Below, one piece after another: positions 29,401-41,400 of a stretch of DNA of 64,000 nt. A program made the translations under genes and the position numbers. The stretch is from an uncultured Planctomycetia bacterium. GTDB taxonomy: Bacteria > Omnitrophota > Gorgyraeia > Duberdicusellales > 4484-171. Below the pieces are notes generated by a model, which was not told the origin of the DNA, searched no databases, and was given only the letters and a program-made list of their open reading frames with translations. The stretch is taken from NCBI GenBank assembly GCA_964590995.1, contig CAZPYY010000001.1:762-64761 (forward strand), read 5' to 3'. Position 1 is the stretch's first letter; the number at the start of each line of letters is the position of its first letter.

Positions 29401-32400
29401 ACTACCTCGGGCGGAATCGAAGGAGAAATATCACAAAGTTTCTGATACAACGGCTCAATTAGCTCCGGATGCTTCTTTAAATTATTAAGGTATACTAAAA
29501 CAGCTGTATACCCTATCTCTACCTTGGGATTCACAAGTACATATTGGACATCCTGACCTGAAGAATAATATGACTGACTTCCATCGGACCAAACACATTT
29601 TCCTGTAGTCATTATACTTTTAGAATGATATCTATTATGTTTTTTCAAATGATATTTTACAGGGCCGTTAACATCTTCCTCGCGCAAAATTTTACCGATC
29701 AAATCAATTATTTTAGGATTATCATCTATCCTGTCAGAAAGTGCCAGCATAGCCGCTACCCGCACGCTAACTTCTTCATCCTTATTGGAAACAAACTCAA
29801 ACAATAAATCTGTAACTTCTTGTTCTTTAAACTGTACTAAAGAAGATATTATTTTACAACGCGTTCCTGAAACATAATCTTTTGCTGCCTTGATTAATAC
29901 AGGCAAAACCTCTCTACCTCCGATACGCCCTAAAGCAAATATTACATTTGATTGAAATTCTTTATATTCAGCCTTTTCTAACAGCTCAATTAAGTATGAA
30001 GTTGCTTTTGAACCACCCAATTTACTTAACGCCACAATTGCTTCTTCCATTACATTAATATCTCTGCCTTTTAAGTTTGAATCATACTTTTTCGGATTTG
30101 AGATAATATCAATAAGATATTTTACTGCCTGGGGACTTCCTAGCTGTGCTAAAGAGAAAACAGTTAAAACAAATACTCGTTCTCTTATCTCCTCTGTAGT
30201 CCACTTATTTGGTAAAAGTAGCCTCAAAATGAACTCATGTTTAAATTCATCTGCATTGTAATCCCCCTTGAGGGCTTTCATTAATGTATCTTTGGCCAAA
30301 GAATCGCCTAAACATGCTAATACCCTTGCAGCATAGAAGGGGGTCCGAAAATTATCACTCTTTAAGGCCCTTAAATACCCTCCGTACAACTCCTCATGAG
30401 TCACTCCCAACTTAATCAAAACATCTCCTGGAGGATAAAATAACTTAGGTTCTACAATATATAAATTATGCTGCCCGGCAGCCCCGGTTGTCATCTGTAT
30501 ATAGCCATCCACTAATCCTTTCTTTATCTCGTTAGTCATCTCAGGTGCACGAAATAGTTTAGGGCTTTGGGTGGATACACACCAATAGTAAATTAAAGCA
30601 TTACCATAATTTTTACGTTTAAGTGCTCTCTCTGCTATCTTAATCTGTTTATGCGTGAAAGCTCCAGAGCCTGGGGTAGCACACCCACTGTGAAAAACCA
30701 AACTTAATAAAAGCAATATAATTATAGCCTTACCAAGAAATGATTTTACCTTGTTTAGGCGAATCCCTGCCTTGCCGGCAGGCAGGCTAAACACCTCCCG
30801 GTTGAGGACTGTCCTCAACCGCTCTTTAAGGCTTTTGCCTGTTATATTTTCTTCCCCTACCGGAGAGCTGGTCGACTCAAACTTAATCTTAAATACTTCT
30901 ATTTGAAGCCCTAATATCATATCCTGCTGTCCAGCAGGGCTGTAAGCAGGAATGATGCCAAGTTTCCTATCCTCAGCAGCCGTAACTAAAACCAAGGCTG
31001 CCGGATTTCTTATTTTTAGTGCCTCAGCAAAGTTTTTTGTTTTTTTGCGTATTACTTTCTCATAATCTCTATACTCTATAGAAGGATCATAATCATCTAT
31101 GGAAGAGTAATAATCAAACTCGATAACTGTTACTAAATTACGCGGAAAGGGCAACACAGAAAGGTTGTATTGATCTACTACTCTATCTCCGATATAGTCA
31201 TCGCAATAGTACCCTGGTATAGAAGGCGTAATCCACCAGGGCTCAATGGCTAATCCTCTCTCAACAAGGTAAGGTACCCAATTATTATTCTTAAGCATAC
31301 CCGAATAAACCCAATTATCCGAATGCTCGTCGCCATAGAAAAGAGAAAAAGGTGCTTTAAGAATTCCGCGAGCAACCAGTCTTTCTAACCATCTAATACC
31401 TGGAGCGTGTATCCGGCAAAGAGCGACAGGACAATCCAGCAATAAAGAAACTCCCTCTGATATTTTAATTGGGCTGGAGCTAAAGGATAAAGTTTGATGG
31501 TTTTGAGGATTATCAAGAACTGTGGATTTCTTAGCTTTAGAAGAAAGGGCAGGCGAAGAGGCCCCACCAGCCACGGAAGAGGTAACCTCTTCTTGAGTTT
31601 TAACCTGCCCTTTTATATTATTATACCTTTTTAAATTACCAAGGGAGAGAATTTTCTTAAATATTTTTTTTGTGTTATATATGATTTTAATTTTTTCTTT
31701 GGATATCTTGAAGAAGGTAAATATTTTAAATGACTTCCTAATCGGTGGTGCGTGTGATTTAAAATTTAATATATAAAACTGCACTGGGGAGCTGGAGGAA
31801 TTTTCTTGCTGATCTAGCATTCCTGGAACTTTTGTCAAGGCGATAATTAAGCGGATAATCCTGGAGTTTCTGGCAATCATCTCATCCCGGCTTAACCATA
31901 TGGGAATTCCTAAGTTATTGAATATAGAGCTAAGGAAAAAACTTTGATTGAAACCTTCTCCTTCCTTAATAAAATTAAGTATGTCTTTTTCCGAAAGCCT
32001 TCCTATTTCCTGGGAAATGCTTTCTAACTGAGATGTATAATGGAATAGAGGTTGAGGGATGAATATGTTAATTGTGTCAGTCAATTCCAAAGCCACTTCG
32101 TTATGCATACATCTTATAGCAAAAGTAATTGGTTTTTCAATGGCCGGCAATCTACTCATTGTCTGGTATACCCCATCAAAGATACCGAGTACAACCTGAC
32201 TGTTTGCCGGGCTCACCTTTACAGGTTGATCTTTAACTATTTTATATATACCTTCATCAATATCCTCTCCAGTTAAAAACAGGGCCCTTTCCGCCACCTC
32301 TTTACGCAAGTAAAATTCTGCCTTGCCCCTGCGTTGTTTATCCTCCAGCATAAGCCTAAAATATGGCTCATCATGCGTATTGACCAACTTAAGCGAAATG

Positions 32401-35400
32401 GAATAAGAGGATGATTGAATCGGCGAGCTGGAATCACCATTTTTTAACTGTTTTGCAGAACCAATAATCCTATCTTTTAACCTATTACTTAGTTGTTTCA
32501 TGAACTCTTCGCTTGTTTTTATATCAACTGTCAATGCCTGAATAACTTTAGGGTCAACCTCTGTATGTTTTACCAAGGCTTCTATTAAATAATCTAAGAG
32601 ATAATTTAGTATCTGAGAAAATACTTCTTTTTTGAACTTTACATCATGCATATCCTGCAAAGATAATAAAAGACGCTTGATTGTTTCCTTTATGTCCTTG
32701 GGCACACTGCTATCTGCTTCTCTGATAACCTTATCTATTTCTTCTAAGCTCAATAATTTAAATACATCTTGAAGAGAAATCTTCTCTTTTATGTGAATAT
32801 CTCCCTCATCAATAAGGCCATGTTGAATCGCAACACTAACTAAAATGAAAATTACTGCCACCTTTGTGCCGTCTCTTAGTTCGCTTCTCCACTTAAGTGA
32901 ATCAACCTTAAATATGTCTAAAGTCGTTTCATCTCCTACAACAAAATATAGCGTTTTTTCATCTTTGTTGTATCGAATCGCCACAATTGGATTGCCAGAC
33001 CAAATTGCCTGTTCAAAAGGTTGATTATCTTGAGTTAGGTACTGCAAAAGTGTAGTGCCATCTTTTGCTTCTAACTGCATTTTCTCAATAAATCTTCCTT
33101 GATCCATCTTATTCTTAACAAAATACAAACCTCCCCCATCCTCGCTAACTTGGAAAGTAAAGACCATATCTGGCGACTGTAAGTGTATAATACCCTCCTC
33201 TGTACTTGTAGGATCTATAATCTCAACAAAACCTGCTTCTTTTAACATTTTTAAATAGTCTCTCTTTGTTTGCTGCTCTTCCGCGCTTACCGGCGAGCTG
33301 GAAATTGAAGAACTGCTAGTGAGGAAACGCGGTAAAATATCTGCTAACGAAACATTCTCAATGTTTTTGACATCTCTCAATATCCTTTTAAGTTCTTCGG
33401 CGCCATCTCTTCCTCTTCGAAAACTGGTCCAGATCACAGCCTCCCAAAATATAGGGTCAGGCTTTCTCTCTAAAAATTCTACAAAATTTTTAAGGCTACC
33501 TTGATCCCAACTAATAACTGCTAGATGTCCTAATCCATGGTATCCTTCACCAATCATAGTTTTTATCCTGTCAAATAGAAGTTGGATTGCCTCTTTACCA
33601 AAATTATTTTTAAGCCTCCCTAAAAATAAACTGGCCTCTAGAACGAGACTCTGAACATGAAAGTCTTTGGAATGATCATGTAGTAGTATTACAAAGTTGA
33701 CATCTCTATGAGAAAGTATTTCTTTTAGTCCTGCCAATTCTAAGGAACCTGCTTTGAACTTCTTTATATCAATAGCTCCCTCATTAACAAGTTCTCTGAC
33801 TTTTTCTTCAATATTGTTAACAGCGGAATTGGATTCCTTTATAGGCGAGCTGGAGCCAACAAACGAAGGATAAAGGAAAGAAGAAGCTGCCTTTTCATTT
33901 ATCAACATAGAATTAAGCTCCGAAATAAGGTTGTCTACTATAAAATCGATAAATTCTTCAATGGCATGTTCCAGCGACTCGGCGACTGTGGTAAATGCGG
34001 GATTAACATTTTTATCTCTTAGGATCTTAATTGTCTTTCTTATATCCTCTATTATTTTTTCATTTATTATCTTTTCTATCTCTTCAGCAGGAGTGTCAAT
34101 AATGTTAAGAAATTCATAATGGGCGGTTATCTTATGAAACTTATCACCTATACAGGCAAAGAAATCAGCGTCAAAATCTAAAAATATAGGCCTTGTTTCA
34201 TCTTTAAAATCAGGAAGGCCATCCAGATGCACAACATGCATCTTGACTTTCCTTAGTCTTATCAATTCTGCCCCTTGCGGTATACGCAAGTTCCCATCTG
34301 CCTGAGGATGCTCACGGCCAAAATAGCAGTATTTACGCCCATCTTTTAGCTTAAACATAGCTGCATACACACCAAATTCTTCGTCGATACCTAATGCATA
34401 TCCTTGGGGATATACCTGCCATATTTCATCAATCAAATCATATAAAACACCTGCGAAAATATAGCAGTCTTCAGCGTAAGTAATACTTTTTGCTTCTTTA
34501 ACGGTCTTGGGTTGCGGTAAAATACGCAGAGGCGCGCCAGCATCTTCATGGGCGTCAATATGAATAAGTATTGCCCCCATAATACCTTTAAGAATCCGCA
34601 ACATTTCCCAATATTTATAAGCTTCGCCATGGTATTTTATCCTGGCGAATTTATTTTTAAGGGCGTTATTTACCGGCGAGCTGGAAGAATCTTCTCCTCT
34701 TATCCAACTTTTTAGTTCTTCTTTTGAAACTTTACCATAAAGTTCTTTTATCGAGCTTATTTGCTGTAATATAACTGAAGGATCGATGCCCTTCTCATTT
34801 TTAAGGAGGACAACTCCGGGGTATCGTGTCAATTGCGCTTCTCTACCTTCCTGTTTAAGTAAAGCGCACACTCTTCTTTCATGAGATGGTACCGTGCGAA
34901 AAACAAGCCATTCTTCAATCGGGCTACTCGAGACGCAATTCCTCAGGCTTTGTACTTTCGAGGCCGAATTACACTCATTGCCAGCAACTGGCGAATCATA
35001 ACCAAAGGCCGCAAGAGAGCTGGAAGAAGCATTGGGAGCTTCGGGCTGGTACAATTCCGGAAAGAATTCTTTGAGCTTGCCGGAGAATTCCTGATGCATT
35101 AATTGCAGGAATTCCGCAAGCTCATATCTGGAATAGGTTCTGCCTAGTTTATATAACTCTAAGCGCAGACTAGTAAGTTCGTCTATTTCCTCCAGCATCC
35201 TGTCATTGACCAGGGCGTTAAGGAAGCTGAAACGCAAGGAACGTGCGTAATTCATAGTATAAGGAATATTATTTGTCACCCAGAGCGCTTTGTAAAGTTC
35301 AACCGGATGCTCCAGAAGCATTTCGAAAAAAGTAGTTTTGTTAAGCCCTGTTTGGTCGAATCCCTCGTGATTGATGTTTGAAATTGCCTTCATTATCCGG

Positions 35401-38400
35401 TTAATCCACAAATTATTACGCCACAACCTGCTAAATGTACCTCTGAAGTCTTGGGGAATCTTATCAAGGTCCGGCCTAAATAGGAATGCTGTCGCTAATA
35501 CATCAAATTTACCTTGAACGAACCTTTTGTTAATTCTAGCACCGCGTAAGTAAGGGTTAGACAACGGTCCCGCCTCCTGCGGAAGCCTTAATACCTTAAG
35601 GTCCATCAAATCTTCTATATGCACACTTTCTGCGACAATAAATATTGCCTCTTTATCATCATAAGGATAAAATTCGATGTCCCCAACTCTTTTTCTATAA
35701 AGAATATCACCCTCTGTTACGCCTTCGGCATCTTCAATGGAAATAGCCCGGTCCCGCCATCCTTCAAAATGCTCAATTGTCGCCATTTCTTCTTCTGTCC
35801 TGATATCGGCTTTAGGCCAATCCGGATGGCCCAAAATAATCTTTCTCATATCAAACAACAGATCCGGTAAAAAAGAAATAATGGCTGTTGTATTCTTTAA
35901 GTTAAATGTGATATTCTCAACGCTACAGCCCGAGAATATCTTGGCCAACAACTCCCGCCAAGTCTGGCAAAGATTAAAGGTAAGGGCCTTGTTGCCAATC
36001 AGGTTATTTGCCCGTTTAAGCAAGCTGGTAAGTAAATCCTGAGTGGCGGAATCAAGTGCATACCCGGCCAATAAATCCTCGTGGGTTAACCTCTCAAACG
36101 CCGGCGCCGAGGAAGCACCAGAATCACCTTTCGTAGGCGAGCTGGAAGAATCAGCTCTTAGCTCGTAGCTGGTAGCTAGTAGCTGAAAACTATCCGCTAC
36201 AGGCGATGAGCTATTATCTAGCAGTGAGCTGGAGCGGGGGGAAACGAAAGACGAGGTATGAGAGACGAGGGATGAAGACGCGATACGCGAATCTTCCCCC
36301 GGTGAGGCGGCGGAGACGTTAGAGTAATGGTTACTACCCTTACGATTAATATACTGAATCATATCTTTCGCCCATGAGAATATTCTAATGAACAATAGTG
36401 GCTGCTCAGACTCTTTAGTTATCATATTAATAAGAGGTTTATTATCAAGGCATACTCGCACCAAGGCCTGATGTGTTCTTACCAGTTCATAGATAGTGCT
36501 TTTAAATTTTTCACTTCTGACATATGCCTCTTTAGCAAAGATTGTTTTTTTAGGACCTTTTTTTCGTTCTCTGTATTCATCTTTATAAATCCACTCAAGT
36601 GGCAGATACATTTCTGCCCAATTTCCTTTAGCTAAACGCTGTAAATTTTGCATTGTAAAACCAATCTTAGTGATTATGCAATTATCTAAATGCCCGCCGG
36701 CAATGATTAATCTTTGTCCCTTAGATAAATCAACCCTCCAATCTTTTACATGAATAAGGTTAACATTAGGCAATCTTGATTTTAGATAAGAATATCTTTC
36801 CTTAATAGGCATAATGCTGAAATATTGAATATTTGGGAAGTGGTATTGAGCGGAAATTGAATCGGTACGCTTTGTAGCGAAAGAATTGGGTTCTTCACCT
36901 ACCGGCGAGCTGGAGTCAATTGCTCCTTCCTCTCTCAAAGTGTTGACTACGCTATACAACCATGAGTTGATGACGAATAGTCTTGCAATAATACTTGCGA
37001 TATCATTTTCACAATCATATCTTCTAAAGTAATCTTTCAACAATCCCTCTATTTTGGCGCGTTCAATGGCTGTATCGATGACTGTTATTTCTTCGGCCGG
37101 TATGGTCTGTTTAGGATATTCTTTAAGCGAAATCTTATAACTATAAGCAGGTTTTCTTGTAACTTTTTCCCTGTCTTCTTCATCTAGCGCTTGCCTGGAG
37201 AAGATAGCGATAGAGCGTTTCTCCAGTGCAAGTTCTGATTGCGGATACTTTCCGACAAAAACTAATTTGTCTACTAATTTTCTTAATACTTCGTAGTTTT
37301 CCAGCATAAACTCTGATGTAGATAGACCTTCTTTAAAATTAAGTACGCTAAATTGTAAGTTGCCATCCTTATCAGCCGTTAGCCCGTTCTCCATGACCTC
37401 TCTCCTTGCCGATCTGGAGATATTTACCCATAGCGTTGGATGGAATAGCCTTCTCCCACATTGTTCAATCACAAACCTCAATCGCCTCTCAATGAAGTGC
37501 GGTATGTTTTCGTGTGATTTATAACTCTTTATCTCATCGGGTGGCGTACTAAGAATATCTTCTTTAGCTAAGAAGTCATGCATTCTTACTATATTTTTTG
37601 CGCGCGGGAGATTGAACTTCGTAGTTGCGCCAATTATATAGATAAAAGAGGCTGCTCTCTGGATGGGGTCACTAGTATAAATTCCAAAATACGGATTGCT
37701 TGATATGAGGATATGTTCTTCGTAGTCATAATTTATAACTGCGGCTAAGAATCTTTCAAACGGAGCAACGGGCAACAGTCCTTTTCTTGCCATCCCTTCC
37801 AAATGATCTGCCATTTCAGCAAAACCATTATCTCTCAGATACTTAATTGCCATCTGTAGGTCTTCATCTTTCGGCCCTTTTCTATGCAACTGGTCAAACT
37901 CCTTACCAATACCTTCCAAAATACCCTCCAAATCTCTGCCGATTTCTTTTCTAGCCGGCCTTGGGATGCCTGGCATCGCTCTGACTATATCCTCTCCCTG
38001 CCCGTCCGGCAAGCGGGTCCCTTCGGCGGAGGAGGAAGAGGAGGAATTATTTGTCTTTGCAATTTCCTTCAGCACATTCAAAATCTCCTGCCGCAGCGAT
38101 GTGCGACTAAGTTTATTGTCTATGGCGGGCGAGCTGGAAGATTTTCCTTTCAAATCCAGAATCTCCCGTAAAAGATTCCTTTTAACCTGTGCATACAGTT
38201 CCAGTAATACTGGTGCTGTGCACAGCTTCTTGGAACCCCTGTGTATCAAAGATTCCTCAAAGTCAGGGATATCTTTTTTATGAAGGGCATGTGTGGGATT
38301 TAGAAATGCAGACATTAAGAATGTCTTGTTATTTATTCCAGAAAAATAACGTACCAAATGCGAAAGTACTGATTGATCACTCACTAATATTATATCTGCC

Positions 38401-41400
38401 TGCTCTACCGCGTCTGCTCTAACAATCTCTATATTATGGAATTTATAAAACCGAGCAAGCCTCTCTCGCATAGCCACATAACCCCGGCAGTAAGAAATAA
38501 TTTTAGTAATAAACTTACAGGAAGACTTTTCTGCTCTAAGCGTTGTACCCGCAGAGAATATTTCTATGCCCATTCTATCCAATGGATCTTGGAGCACTAA
38601 TTCAAGCAATGGACTGCGAAAGACATTAACAGTACATACAACACGAATGCGCTTAATTTGTTTAATTCCTCTGGCTATAAAGATATTCTCGACTGAACGC
38701 TTAAGCGGCGATGAAGAAGCGGCTTCGCGGACAAATACTTCCAAATAAGCATTTTCTGTCTCAAATGATGTCTCCTGAAGATTAACGGAAAATATTTCCT
38801 TGCCTACAACCCTGAAACCCTGAGATTCTAATAAATCAACGCTTTTGCGGAAGAAAGGCTTGACCACAATCAGGGTATCAGCTTTGATTTTCTTTGATAT
38901 CTGTTTAGAGTTTATTACTTCTAACAATTCTATTAACACCTCATGCTCTGGATTAACCAATAAAATATGGCTCAAGCTATGGCCGGGAATAAATTTTATT
39001 ATATTTGTATCTGTCCTGACAACCGCCAGGTTGTCCAGGTCGACTCTTTGCGCGGCAAGCAAACCCTTTTCCCACATCTGCGCCCACATTATATAAATAT
39101 AATCCAGCGAAAAATATGATTCGTAGATATCCGTGGCAATAACTCCTACATCAGGATTCCTTTCGGCAATAGTTTTTGCGGTTTTGGCTGTTCCACAGCC
39201 AATCTCTAGAATAATCCCCTTACCGCGAAATCCCTCAACAACAAAGTTAACTTTTGTAATATTCTGCCTACTGTTTTTCTTCTGCCTCAAATAACCTTGC
39301 AATCCCGCATATTCAGCGGAAATTGAATCAGTAAACTTTGTAGTGAGAGAATTAGGTTCTTTGCCCACCGGCGAACTGGCCTCAAAAAGCGCCTGGCCCC
39401 TTGAGGCGGTAGTTTTGTAGTCTGGAGTTATATCAGTGACGCAGGGATGAAAAGGCTGTTTAGGAGTTTGAGCTTCGGGTTTCCCTAAAAACATATAGCC
39501 TCTCAGCGCACTTTTCAACATAACTGTCTTAACTTGTGATAGTTCCTGCATTATTTCTGGTATGCACTCTTTGGCCGCATCTATCATAGTTGGAAAAATA
39601 TTACATATTATAAAGCCTCTTTCGGAAAGCAATCCTGCTAAATCAACAATATGGTTTGTAAATTTTCCTTCCCTCACTAAATGGTATAAGCCTAAATAAC
39701 TGTAAATAATATCTAATGTTATAGGACCGATAAATCTTTGAATGTTTTCTACTAGATTCTCGACTACGCCAACAATAAACAGAATATTATCGGGTATCTC
39801 TTTTTTTGCTATAGATAGGCTATATGTATCGCTGAAGGCAATAATAAAGACATTATTGATTCCTTTGTCGTTCAACCATTGGGCCAACTCTATTGGAGCT
39901 GTCAAATCTCCTGCCCCCCAATCTAGTACAAATACTGGTTTGGATGGCTTAGATTTAGCTATCTTAACTATCCAATCATCACGTAATGACCAACCGAGCA
40001 TATAGTTAGAAAAGTCATAATCTATAACTTGAAAAGGAGTGTCGAAGGCCCTCCACCCCCCCTCTTTCACCCACACCCATAGCTCACCACTGGAACTTAT
40101 GCGCACCCTTGGCGTCTTTTTCGCTGTTAAAAGCTTCTCTATCTCTTCCTGAGGCAAGTCTGGTTCAAACACGATACGCCTATTAGCCTTAAATCTAGCC
40201 CACGCTTCGTCTAAACTGAGAAGTGAAGACGAAGCACATTTTTCTGTCGCTATTGCCAGTTTAGCCGCCAAATGAAGTTTTTTAATGGCAGAAGACGCAC
40301 CTCGTTTACTCCTTTTTTTTGTCTCTCCATAATCCTGGTCGCCAGGACGTATTCGTAGCGCGCTCCATGTCGCCACATTTTCATTTTCACCGACTCTCAC
40401 GCAATTGGGCTCAATTTCAAAACCAGAGTGCTGGATAAACTCCTGATGCGCTTTAACAACTTCTTTCTCCTGCCATAAGTCAATTGCGTAATACTTATAA
40501 TGGCCGCCGGCAATAAATAACTGTATTTCGGGTATAAGCCTCAATAGATACATGCTGCTCATGTTGGTTACATCGTACTCATCTTCCCATTCGCCAATAT
40601 TTGAGAACACGGCAATCTTACGGCCCCTGCGGTTAATGATTTTAGCGCATGAGCCGAGAAAGTCCTTATCGGAAATATCGCCCAGATGAGACCGGTAGTC
40701 TTTTCCTTCCGCAAACCCATTGAGCCTCAGCTGTGTTCCAGCCTGTTTAAGTCTTTCCGGAAAGAGCTCTATGATATCGGCAAATTTCAATCCGAGCTTA
40801 AAGCCCGCAAGCGTCAAAATAGCGTCTCCTGCACCGACATCTATACCGTCATAACCATCCAAGCCTCGCTCCATCATATGAATAATCATAGCTGTCGTGT
40901 TTGCCGCGTATCCTTTCTGCGCTAAATCTTTTTGGCTGAGGCTGTTGACTAATATAACATTGGCGCTTAACTCTTTTTTTAGGATTTGGTCTAACCTTTC
41001 ATAACAATAACTATCCATAAAAAATAAATAAGCGATACGGATAACGATAATTTTTTGTTCTCCGCGAACCTCAATCAGGCCGTCTTCTCTATAAAACCTC
41101 TTCTCCCCATAAATATAGTAAGGCTGCCATTTACTAAACCCATCCCATCGCCGTAACACAAGATTTAGCTGTTCGGCAATTTTTTGGCTCAATTGTTCTG
41201 CGTAAGCCTCATCGAACCTTTCGGCTTCTTTATCTGCGGGCGAGCTGGAGAGAAGACTGCCCAGAGAAAACCCTCCTTTTAGACGCCCGAGCTCGCCACC
41301 ATCGTATCGGAATGGATAGAACTCTCCGGTTGTGCTACTCAATTTAACATTTCCACACCATTGTTCACCTCTTGCATGCCAAAGTAATGGTATATTTTCT

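Noticed and set aside
36320-36840. Isochorismatase-like cysteine hydrolase (LIIAGGHLDNCI)
   Set aside because: Only one weak motif; the other family motifs were not recognised.
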